Virus record (IMG/VR): IMGVR_UViG_3300032220_001630
Span: 39,136 to 103,135 of that record
From: a virus
Strand: one strand, 5' to 3'
DNA length: 64,000 nt
The position numbers and the translations under genes are program-made. Under the pieces are notes generated by a model, which searched no databases, was not told where the DNA came from, and saw only the letters and a program-made list of their open reading frames with translations. Position 1 is the stretch's first letter; every line of letters begins with the position of its first letter. Positions 28,661-37,344 of this stretch are shown here, piece after piece.

Positions 28661-29174
28661 AAATACCGAATCTGTAGAAATAGACGGGAAACTTTTTATA
28701 AGACAAATTAACCCTGGGGTTATAATAATGCCTTATACTTTGGATTCTGATAAAAACCCAAATGAAATTGGGATAATTAGTGAGATTCTAGGACAAAGAC
28801 CTGGTGGTATTTCTATGACATTAATCACAGGTACCCCAGAAGATAGTGATGCAAATATTTTTCAGACCGCTATAAGAGAACTTAAAGAGGAGTCTGGATT
28901 TTTTGTTGATGATATCAAGAGATGGAATTTTTTAGGAACTTTGTATACATCAAAAATGGTTCTTAATGCTAACCCTTGTTTTAGTGTTGATATAACAGGA
29001 TTGGTTGCAGAGCAAAAAACAACCGACGGATCTCAATCAGAAGCAGATAGTAAATTCGAATTAATTAGTATAGAAGAAGCTTTAGACCTTGAGGATTCTT
29101 TAGTTAGTACTCTTTTCATCAAAACTTTTAAAAACGTTTTCATTAAAAAAATAAAAGAGGATGATATTACCTAA
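28614..29174 (+). CDS. Nudix hydrolase
   Basis: ITGTPE...TAIRELKEESGF Nudix box. Confidence 0.85.
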   Translation: MEIFEKAEITSLQKSKNTESVEIDGKLFIRQINPGVIIMPYTLDSDKNPNEIGIISEILGQRPGGISMTLITGTPEDSDANIFQTAIRELKEESGFFVDDIKRWNFLGTLYTSKMVLNANPCFSVDITGLVAEQKTTDGSQSEADSKFELISIEEALDLEDSLVSTLFIKTFKNVFIKKIKEDDIT

Positions 29175-29331
29175 TAGAAAAGAAAGAAGAAAATTGGCCA
29201 AAGAGATGGGTCTTTTTGGTAAGAATAAAAATACTAATAGTAGCGAGACATCCGAAAGATCTAGATCTATGGGAAAATTGATACACCTCAGAAATTTAAC
29301 TGAGCAGAGAAATTCCAAAAAAAAATCTTAA
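29161..29331 (+). CDS. Small basic protein (56 aa; below the ORF-track cutoff)
   Basis: MILPNRKERRKLAKEMGLFG...RNSKKKS fills the gap between the Nudix gene and 29341. Confidence 0.65.
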   Translation: MILPNRKERRKLAKEMGLFGKNKNTNSSETSERSRSMGKLIHLRNLTEQRNSKKKS

Positions 29332-29340
29332 ATCTAATTA

Positions 29341-29664
29341 GTGTATTTTAAATCCTTCATCGTCACCAAAATTGACAAGATTAAAAATGCAGATTTAGAA
29401 AACTGCGAGATATGTTCCATTGATGTGAACTCCTGGTTCAAATCTAATAGTCTCACACCTTCAAGTATGAATGAAATAAGACAATACATATTTGAAGAGT
29501 GGTTACATAAAAAAATATCTGGATCTAAGAATAAGATATCTACAGGATCCAATCTAGTAATAGTTTACGATAGCCCTACTGATCCTTTTATCGCTTTGTT
29601 GAAGGAAAAAATATCTGACGTTTTTGAGTGTGAATTTTGCGAAGTTGTTTTAATCGCAGAATAA
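29341..29664 (+). CDS. Hypothetical protein (GTG start)
   Basis: 107-aa ORF in a co-oriented run. Confidence 0.65.
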   Translation: MYFKSFIVTKIDKIKNADLENCEICSIDVNSWFKSNSLTPSSMNEIRQYIFEEWLHKKISGSKNKISTGSNLVIVYDSPTDPFIALLKEKISDVFECEFCEVVLIAE

Positions 29665-29671
29665 ATAGTCA

Positions 29672-29679
29672 GGTATATA
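29672..29679 (+). promoter_or_regulatory. Class I motif heading the baseplate module
   Basis: GGTATATA-gtat-ATG(29684). Confidence 0.6.
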
Positions 29680-29683
29680 GTAT

Positions 29684-31531
29684 ATGAATCCTCCTGAACA
29701 AATTACTTCTCAAGGGATAACTCCACCTTCGAATCTTTCTAGCGGAGGAAGTACGGTATCTGATATCCAAACATTTGCCAAAGGAATATATTCTTTTGAT
29801 AGTGATAAGACGTTTTATACTTACGAGTTAAGCGAATTAAAATCACTTCCTAAGAGTTTATTTTACGATGCAGCAACCTCTGACGGTGTATATAGAGGTT
29901 TATTTTCTTATTATGTATTAGGAACAAATAGAGGAAATAAAGTACCCTATCACAGGTCAGAAAGTACCCAATATCTACAGGATATAACTCCTATAGAATC
30001 TAGGAATCCCACTGCAAAAATGATCATTGATACAGTTAGCAAAAAAACTGGAACTACCCCTGCATATCTTAATCCCTCTAGTCCTTACAGAGGACAAGTT
30101 TATAACGTTAAGGATTTTATATTTTGTAAGCATTACGGGATCATTCCTAACAACAGGATGATAACTCTTAGAAGATTTCCTTATCCAACTTTAGATTCTT
30201 TAAGAATTCTTCCAGATAAACCTGCGGAGTTCACAAAAGAAGGAAATAAGGTAAAATACGAAGCTGTATCTATTCCTGAATTAGGGAGAGTTAAAGATTT
30301 AAAAGGTATAGAAAACTCATCTTTACCGGTAGCTCAAGCAGTAACTTATTTTGGTGGGGATACGGGTAATAATTTGTCTACTATATTAGGTATATCTACA
30401 GGATTAAATTTTGCGTCACAGACGCAAGAACCCATGAAAAATGAACAAACTGGGGACCCTGGATTATTAAATTCACCCTTTGGGGATCTTATAAAATCCT
30501 TTGTTTCTAGCGGACAAAGTAATATAAATGTTGAAGATGTTGATAATTTACTCGGGACATTTGTTGCACCGGAAAGAAATATTAACAGACTAAAGAGGAA
30601 GCTTTTAGATAACGCTTTACAAGCAGACGGACCTTTATCTAAGAAGATTTTCGTAAATGTTAACACTGTTAACCAGATGATGGTAAGAACCCAGGGTTTC
30701 AGTGGAGGTATGAATCAGTTTACTATAAATTTTGAATATAATTTAACTTCTGTTGGAACTGTAAATACAAAGCTTTTATTCTTGGATTTAATGACTAATC
30801 TTTTATCTATAGGTACGGATTATGGTCAATTTCTCTCTCCTGAACTAAGACTTGAACAAACTAGCGTGGGTTTAGGATTTCCTGGAGGAGCAAAAGGTTA
30901 TGCTAAATCTATAGTGGATCCAATTGGATACATTAAAGATCAAGTTAGCGGGATATTATCAGAGCAAAGCGTAAACAATCAATTAACTGCAGAGGGATCA
31001 GTAAAAAAGGATATAGAAGAAGCAACAAATGAATTGAAGAATTTCATTGCAGATCCTAAAAACGGAATACCTAAAAATGGTAAATTCTATAACTCGATTG
31101 CTGTTTTACTGAGTGATATGTTTCTCAAGAAGGTTTATTATCAACCGATAATGTTAAGTGGATATCCAGTAGGAGAATGGCATTTAGTAGTGGGTAATCC
31201 TTTAAATCCTATAGCTATGATTGGTAATTTAGTTTGTACTAACGTGACTATAAACTTTAATGATGATTTAGGTCCAGACGATTTTCCAACTGAAATAAAA
31301 GCAAGCTTTACTCTATCTCCTGGTAGACAAAGACATAGAGGAGATTGGGAATCAATGTTTAATAGAGGTAACGGAAGATTATATCTTGGTCAATTGGTTT
31401 CTTCTGGAGAAAGTACTAATGCTTATATTACTACAGGTGGTGTAAAAGTTAATCAACCAGGACTTAGTATAGAACAGATAACAGAAGCAACAGCTCCTGC
31501 AAATAACACAGGAAATACATCAAATCAATAA
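29684..31531 (+). CDS. Putative baseplate/tail-tube-initiator-type structural protein
   Basis: First gene of the baseplate run. C-terminal WHLVVGNPLNPIAMIGNLVC...GPDDFPTEIKASFTL beta-rich tube-like pattern. Confidence 0.5.
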   Translation: MNPPEQITSQGITPPSNLSSGGSTVSDIQTFAKGIYSFDSDKTFYTYELSELKSLPKSLFYDAATSDGVYRGLFSYYVLGTNRGNKVPYHRSESTQYLQDITPIESRNPTAKMIIDTVSKKTGTTPAYLNPSSPYRGQVYNVKDFIFCKHYGIIPNNRMITLRRFPYPTLDSLRILPDKPAEFTKEGNKVKYEAVSIPELGRVKDLKGIENSSLPVAQAVTYFGGDTGNNLSTILGISTGLNFASQTQEPMKNEQTGDPGLLNSPFGDLIKSFVSSGQSNINVEDVDNLLGTFVAPERNINRLKRKLLDNALQADGPLSKKIFVNVNTVNQMMVRTQGFSGGMNQFTINFEYNLTSVGTVNTKLLFLDLMTNLLSIGTDYGQFLSPELRLEQTSVGLGFPGGAKGYAKSIVDPIGYIKDQVSGILSEQSVNNQLTAEGSVKKDIEEATNELKNFIADPKNGIPKNGKFYNSIAVLLSDMFLKKVYYQPIMLSGYPVGEWHLVVGNPLNPIAMIGNLVCTNVTINFNDDLGPDDFPTEIKASFTLSPGRQRHRGDWESMFNRGNGRLYLGQLVSSGESTNAYITTGGVKVNQPGLSIEQITEATAPANNTGNTSNQ

Positions 31532-31534
31532 GAT

Positions 31535-32140
31535 ATGTTAGCAATTGACATTATAGAATCTAAGTCACTCAGAACTAATCCAAATACTAAAATTCAATAT
31601 TTGGATCTTGTTACTTCTTCGTGGGACACTAGAAGGATAAATTACAGTTTAAGAAGTATAGCGATTGTCACAGACGAGACCCAAATGAGACCTGATTTGG
31701 TTGCTTTATCCTATATGGGGGATCAGTCAGAACTAGGAACACTTTTAAAACTTAATAACATTTCAAATCCTCTTTCTGTAGCAACTGGAGAAGTTTTAGC
31801 AGTCCCTGGACAAACGATGACTAAAGACCTTTTTAATAGTGGACAATCGATAACAAACCAAAAGCAAAAGGCAAAATCGTTCAGAAAAGAATTACAAGAA
31901 AAGATCTCTCAGGTTAGTAAAGAAAGATTAGAATATCTAAATTCTAAAAATATTTCTAATCTAGCAGACACGCCTTTGCCACCTAATCTTTTACAAGATG
32001 GACAACAGCAGATATTGGTAGAGGGCGGAAAACTTTTATTCGGTCCTGACATAGGTCAATGTAGAACGAAGGTAAAGAAAAATGTATCTGTAACAGATAT
32101 TAAAACAAAGCTAGCACAGAAGAATATTTTTAGAAGATAA
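31535..32140 (+). CDS. Baseplate wedge protein, T4 gp53/LysM-like
   Basis: RPDLVALSYMG...LLKLNNISNPLSVATGEVLAVP. Confidence 0.75.
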   Translation: MLAIDIIESKSLRTNPNTKIQYLDLVTSSWDTRRINYSLRSIAIVTDETQMRPDLVALSYMGDQSELGTLLKLNNISNPLSVATGEVLAVPGQTMTKDLFNSGQSITNQKQKAKSFRKELQEKISQVSKERLEYLNSKNISNLADTPLPPNLLQDGQQQILVEGGKLLFGPDIGQCRTKVKKNVSVTDIKTKLAQKNIFRR

Positions 32141-33768
32141 TGGCAGAATTTAATTTAAGAAAAGCTATACTGCAATATAGAAATCCTGATATATTTCTGG
32201 ATGAGTTATCAGTGGTTGATACTTCGGTACAAGAAGGTGACCCACAAGTAAATGATGCTAAAACTGGAAATATACAGAAGAAGTATTTTGGTATGGCTGA
32301 ACCTCTAATAAGGATAAACAGCGTCATAGTAAAGGGTCTTAGCTATTTTAATTTAGATCTTACTGGATTTAAACCTGTTGCTATGTTTAGGTTCCAAACT
32401 ATAGATGAAAGATTTATGTTCACGTCTTTTCCTAAAGATGGTGACATCTTTTCAGTTTATATAAGAGCATTTGGGGAAATGTTTAAACCTATCAGAATGG
32501 ATTTTATAATAACTGAGGTTATATCTCCATTTTCTAGATCTTCTTCTTCATTAAATGAAGAGAATAATATTGAGCCCTCTACTGGGAAATTTCAAACTTA
32601 TACAATTACTGGGGAGGTTAGAATACCCAAGTTATATAAAAATGTATCCAAAGTTTTTAAAGGAAACAGTTCCGATGCTTTAATAAAAATATCTGAAGAT
32701 CTTGGATTAGGATACGCATCTAATGAACCAAAGACTAATGATTCGATGAATTGGGTATGTCCTAATCTAGATTATGAGACACTTATAAAAAACATAGTTG
32801 GTAGTTCGTGGCTAGGTGAGGAAGATTATTTTGATTGCTGGATTGATCAATATTATAATATTAATTTAGTAAATCTTAAAAAGCAATTTGATGAACAAAA
32901 TTCACAAATAGAAACCATTAGAATGGCTTATGGAGCTGATTATAATACAGACTTAGCACCTGGTGCAGATACCAAAGAGATTGAATTTCCTATATTATTA
33001 ACCAACGCAACAAACTATAGTAAGTCTCCTCTTTTTGTTACAGCGCTATCTTTAGAGCAACACGCAGGACAGATTAATAACGATCTTGGATATTTTCAAA
33101 GATTGCAGTTTTATGATGACAAACTAAAATCAGATAAACCTAAGAATAAATTTGTTTCATATAACATAGAGGCTGTTACTAATAAGGATCTAGGAGCTAG
33201 AGATGCAATTAATAAGGGAAGATTAGGTGAATCCCTATATAAGGACGAGATAAAAAGTACCTATATAGGAACTATGTATTTTGAAAATGTCCACGAAAAT
33301 TATCACCAGGCACAGGTGCAAAATATAGTTAATAAAAACGATAGCTATAAGATATTATTGAAAGTAAAAAATAGAGCATGGACTCCTTTTCTTTATAGAG
33401 GACAAACATTCCCTGTTAATATAATGACCGAGGGAAGTTCTACTGTTTCTGGTGATTCTAAGTATACTGCAGCTAGAGGTGATGGAACATCTCTTGCACC
33501 TCCGCCTGATAAAAGAACACCTAATGCTTTCCTTTCAGGAAACTATGTTGTTCTTGGATTTTCTATCGAATACAACAAAAAAGACGGAATGCACCAAACT
33601 ATGGTATTAGGAAAGAAACAATGGACTCTTAATCCAGGACTTTCTTCTGATCCATCCACTCTTGATCCTAAAAATGACCCAGCAGATTTTAACGATCTTG
33701 TTGAGAACGCTTCTAGCCAACTACAAAATGATATTGGTAATATAAAGAGCGATATATTCGGAAAATAA
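32140..33768 (+). CDS. Putative baseplate hub protein (gp27-like)
   Basis: Lies between the gp53-like and gp5-like genes. Contains FPKDGD, ALIKISEDLGLG, and C-terminal LSGNYVVLG. Confidence 0.55.
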   Translation: MAEFNLRKAILQYRNPDIFLDELSVVDTSVQEGDPQVNDAKTGNIQKKYFGMAEPLIRINSVIVKGLSYFNLDLTGFKPVAMFRFQTIDERFMFTSFPKDGDIFSVYIRAFGEMFKPIRMDFIITEVISPFSRSSSSLNEENNIEPSTGKFQTYTITGEVRIPKLYKNVSKVFKGNSSDALIKISEDLGLGYASNEPKTNDSMNWVCPNLDYETLIKNIVGSSWLGEEDYFDCWIDQYYNINLVNLKKQFDEQNSQIETIRMAYGADYNTDLAPGADTKEIEFPILLTNATNYSKSPLFVTALSLEQHAGQINNDLGYFQRLQFYDDKLKSDKPKNKFVSYNIEAVTNKDLGARDAINKGRLGESLYKDEIKSTYIGTMYFENVHENYHQAQVQNIVNKNDSYKILLKVKNRAWTPFLYRGQTFPVNIMTEGSSTVSGDSKYTAARGDGTSLAPPPDKRTPNAFLSGNYVVLGFSIEYNKKDGMHQTMVLGKKQWTLNPGLSSDPSTLDPKNDPADFNDLVENASSQLQNDIGNIKSDIFGK

Positions 33769-33778
33769 AACATAAACA

Positions 33779-36436
33779 ATGGCAGATTTTATATCAGATT
33801 TTGGATCTAGTTTGGGAGATAAGGTATTACCTAACGGTGATGCGCTTAATAGAAAAATAGATTTTCAGAGAGATAAGTTTTTAAAAGGTATCTCTAGTAC
33901 CAAGCATGGTAAGAAAGAGGACCCAACGTATCTGCATTTTAAATTTATTTTTGATTTTGGCGATACCTCTTTAATAGACCCTGAAACATTCCTTGCACCG
34001 TCTCCTTTATTCAGACCTTATAATCCTGATGCTTATGAAATTGAGAGGGATGCACAAGGTACTGCTAATTTTAAACTACAGAGTGAAAATAGTATAAACC
34101 TCGACAAATCTCTTTCTGATACTCAGAGACAAGATGAACTTAATAAAATCAATAAACTATCAAGTGGAGAGGAGGGGTTTAAAACAGACATGGATTTTTT
34201 CTATGGTTCTAAGTCTAAAATCGATGATAGAATAGGAGTTGGATTTTATCCTACCGGAGATATAGCTTATATGGGAGCTCAACAGTTCTTATTCCAAAGA
34301 TCTGTTAAGAGGCAACAAATGCTAAAATCCTTCAAGAATGGAATATCATTCATAAACAAGGAATGTCCTTATTATTTTCAAACATTAAGTGGATTAGACC
34401 AAATTCTGAAAAATGATATAGGGAATTATCACAAAAAAATGGGAGCTCCAAAAAGAGCAGGAACCCTGACAATAGATTGTATGGAATCTATTGATATGAG
34501 AATTTTTGGTCTTAGCGAGCTTTACAGAAAAGCAATATATGATTATACTTATCATCGTGCAATGCTTCCTGAAAATCTAAGAAAGTTTAGAATGTGGGTA
34601 GTTGTAACAGAGCTAAGAAATATACAATTAACTTACGGAATAAATGATATATTAAATCCATTCTCTATTCCTTCTGTAGCTCAGGCAGCAAACTTTGCAG
34701 ATAGTTTTAATAGTCAAACTGGTCTATTAAACAATAGCCAGGGCTTATTACAGAAATCTACTAACACTGAGCAACCAGGTAGCGATAAATTTGGAACTTA
34801 TGAAATGGGTCCTTATGCTTTCGTGTATCAATTAGAACAATGTGAATTTGATTTTGATGAGACGTATCCTTCTTATAATAGTATAGATAACAAAGGTGGA
34901 CAAGCTGTTAGCACTAAATTTAAAATACATGTTGGACGAGCTAAAGACTATAAAATTCAGTTTAATCAATTGGCAGACGTCCTTAAAAAAGATGATAACA
35001 TACAGCAGATGGTTTTATCTGATGTGTGGGGAAATAAATCTAGCGCTTATAATGACTATGATTATGTAGGTACAGAAGGACTTGCTCCGATAGATCTTAC
35101 AAATACCCCCAATCCTGCTCAATTCTTTGCGCAGATGGCTTCCAATTTTATAAATAACACTGTAGCAGATCTTAAGAATCAAGGAGTTTCTATTTTACAG
35201 GGCGCTTTATTAGGAAATATTTATGGATTTGGAGGAGTAAATCTAGGGCAAGCAGCATCTAGTGTACAATCGCTAGTTAATACGGTAAAAGGAGGAATTC
35301 CGAATCCGTTCGCTGATAATACCCCACAAGCTAATGGATTTGGAGGTCCTACGGAAAGACAATATCCTACGGTAAATTATGATGTTTATCCTGATGTTCC
35401 TTCTCAGCCGGGGCAGAATTTAGGAAATGTTATTTCTAACACTCCTGGTAATAATTCTCTTTCCTCTGATGTATATGCTAATACACCTGGAACAGATTTA
35501 GGATTACCTGATAGACAATATCCAGCTCCTGGTGGTGATGAATATGCAAATGTACCTGGATCTGATTTAGGTATACCAGGAAGAGTTTATCCTATCCCTA
35601 CTGGTGATCAATATACGGATGTCCCTGGTGTAGATTTAGGATTACCTGATAGACAATACCCTTCTCTGAGTGGAGACGAATATGCAAATGTCCCTGGAGC
35701 TGATTTAGGAGCACCTGGAAGGGTTTATCCAGTTCCTTCTGGCGATCAATATGCAAATGTCCCTGGATCTGATTTAGGATTGCCTGATAGACAATATCCT
35801 CCTTCATCGGGAGACGAATATGCAAATGTGCCTGGGTCTGATCTAGGAGCACCTAATAGAGTTTATCCAGTTCCTACCGGAGACCAATATTCAGATGTAC
35901 CTGGAGCGGATTTAGGATTACCTGATAGACAATATCCCCCTTCAGCGGGAGACGAATATGCAAATGTGCCTGGAAAAGATCTTGGAGTACCCGATAGGGT
36001 TTATCCAGTTCCTTCTGGTGACCAATATGCAAATGTACCAGGATCTGATTTAGGATTACCTGATAGACAATATAATGTGCCACCTACAAAGGACGAATAT
36101 CCAAATGTTCCAGGATCAGATCTTGGAGTATTAGGAAGAGTTTATGATGAACCCACTGGAGACCAATATAAAAATGTACCAGGCTTGGATTTAGGACTTC
36201 CGTCTAGAGAATATAAAACTCCCCCTCCTAAAGATGAATATAGTGACGTACCAGGAAAAGATCTTGGTGTAGTTGGAAGAGTTTATCCAGTTCCGAATGA
36301 AGATGTCTATAATAAAACTCCAGGTACTGATCTTGGATTGCCTGGTAGAACATATCCGGGAGTAGTTGGGGATGAATACACAAACAATCCTCAAATTGAT
36401 TCAATAAATCTGGGCAGGATATATCCTACAGAGTAA
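33779..36436 (+). CDS. Tail/baseplate-associated protein with C-terminal 23-aa tandem repeats
   Basis: N-terminal globular region (TLTIDCMESIDMRI...LPENLRKFRM...CEFD) plus a repeat tail; located in the baseplate run. Confidence 0.7.
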   Translation: MADFISDFGSSLGDKVLPNGDALNRKIDFQRDKFLKGISSTKHGKKEDPTYLHFKFIFDFGDTSLIDPETFLAPSPLFRPYNPDAYEIERDAQGTANFKLQSENSINLDKSLSDTQRQDELNKINKLSSGEEGFKTDMDFFYGSKSKIDDRIGVGFYPTGDIAYMGAQQFLFQRSVKRQQMLKSFKNGISFINKECPYYFQTLSGLDQILKNDIGNYHKKMGAPKRAGTLTIDCMESIDMRIFGLSELYRKAIYDYTYHRAMLPENLRKFRMWVVVTELRNIQLTYGINDILNPFSIPSVAQAANFADSFNSQTGLLNNSQGLLQKSTNTEQPGSDKFGTYEMGPYAFVYQLEQCEFDFDETYPSYNSIDNKGGQAVSTKFKIHVGRAKDYKIQFNQLADVLKKDDNIQQMVLSDVWGNKSSAYNDYDYVGTEGLAPIDLTNTPNPAQFFAQMASNFINNTVADLKNQGVSILQGALLGNIYGFGGVNLGQAASSVQSLVNTVKGGIPNPFADNTPQANGFGGPTERQYPTVNYDVYPDVPSQPGQNLGNVISNTPGNNSLSSDVYANTPGTDLGLPDRQYPAPGGDEYANVPGSDLGIPGRVYPIPTGDQYTDVPGVDLGLPDRQYPSLSGDEYANVPGADLGAPGRVYPVPSGDQYANVPGSDLGLPDRQYPPSSGDEYANVPGSDLGAPNRVYPVPTGDQYSDVPGADLGLPDRQYPPSAGDEYANVPGKDLGVPDRVYPVPSGDQYANVPGSDLGLPDRQYNVPPTKDEYPNVPGSDLGVLGRVYDEPTGDQYKNVPGLDLGLPSREYKTPPPKDEYSDVPGKDLGVVGRVYPVPNEDVYNKTPGTDLGLPGRTYPGVVGDEYTNNPQIDSINLGRIYPTE
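35480..36382 (+). repeat. 13 in-frame tandem repeats (11 x 69 bp, 2 x 72 bp) with alternating A/B types
   Basis: Consensus NVPGxDLGxPxRxYPxPxGDxYx; 903 bp = 301 aa. Confidence 0.92.
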
Positions 36437-36439
36437 AAA

Positions 36440-36468
36440 GAAACTCATAAATCTTAATCAGGTATAAT
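36440..36468 (+). promoter_or_regulatory. Class II promoter-like motif before the gp5-like gene
   Basis: GAAAC-N18-TATAAT, 5 nt before ATG 36474. Confidence 0.6.
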
Positions 36469-36473
36469 TAAAT

Positions 36474-37343
36474 ATGTTAATCACAAGAGATAAATTAGTT
36501 AGCAAGGATTTAGATGCAGGCCATTATCTGGGTGTTGTCGTTGACAATAAAGACCCGGAATTTAGAGGAAGAGCTAAAATAAGAGTTTTTGGTACTTTCG
36601 ATGATATAGAGGATGCAGATCTTCCTTGGTCTCACCAATCATTTGAAATGAGCTACGGGCTTGGTGGTGGAAGTGGGAGAATGTCAGTTCCTAAATTGGG
36701 TTCAGTTGTTCATGTTGAATTCAATAATGGAAATATGTATAGCCCTGAATATAAAGCAGTTCAGGAACTTTCCCCAGATTTAATAGAAGAGATAAGAGCA
36801 AGTTACGACGGAGCTCATTCTGTGATCTATGACGGCATAGAAAGACTTAAAATGTACTATACTGTTCAGAAAGGGCTTGTAATCGATTTAAAGGAGTCTA
36901 AAATAATAATTAGGAATGATAATTCTATTCTTATAACTCACGCGGATGATTCTTCGTCTATAGAGTTAAAAGGAGGGAAGATAACTAAGTATGCAGACCA
37001 GGAGATAGAAAATACAGCAGTGACAAGAATAAAGCACTCATCTGAAGAAGTTTGGATGGACGGAAAAACAACTAACCTAGGTCACTCTCCAGTATTTTCT
37101 GCTGTTTGTGCAGAACCCTTATGGGATTTCTTAAAAAAGTTGGCAACCGCAGTAGATGCTAAAATGCCAGCTACTCCAAGTGTAAATTCTACACTTGCCT
37201 CTAGTTTTGAGCAATTAGCAACTAGTCAAACAGTAAGGGTCACAAGGGAAAATTCTCCTGAGGTTCCAACTGTTCCTGCTCAAAATAATTTCCCGGTTTC
37301 TTTACCTGCTACTGGTGCAGCTACCGGAACAACTGGAGGATAA
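36474..37343 (+). CDS. Baseplate central spike, gp5/VgrG-like (OB-fold plus beta-helix; no lysozyme domain)
   Basis: YLGVVVDNKDPEFRGRAKIRVFG, LPW, SVPKLGSVVHVEFNNG. Confidence 0.85.
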   Translation: MLITRDKLVSKDLDAGHYLGVVVDNKDPEFRGRAKIRVFGTFDDIEDADLPWSHQSFEMSYGLGGGSGRMSVPKLGSVVHVEFNNGNMYSPEYKAVQELSPDLIEEIRASYDGAHSVIYDGIERLKMYYTVQKGLVIDLKESKIIIRNDNSILITHADDSSSIELKGGKITKYADQEIENTAVTRIKHSSEEVWMDGKTTNLGHSPVFSAVCAEPLWDFLKKLATAVDAKMPATPSVNSTLASSFEQLATSQTVRVTRENSPEVPTVPAQNNFPVSLPATGAATGTTGG

Positions 37344-37344
37344 T

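Noticed and set aside
35480-36382. Possible CRISPR array (about 69-bp periodicity)
   Set aside because: Units are in-frame, vary at synonymous positions, lack unique spacers, and no cas genes are present.
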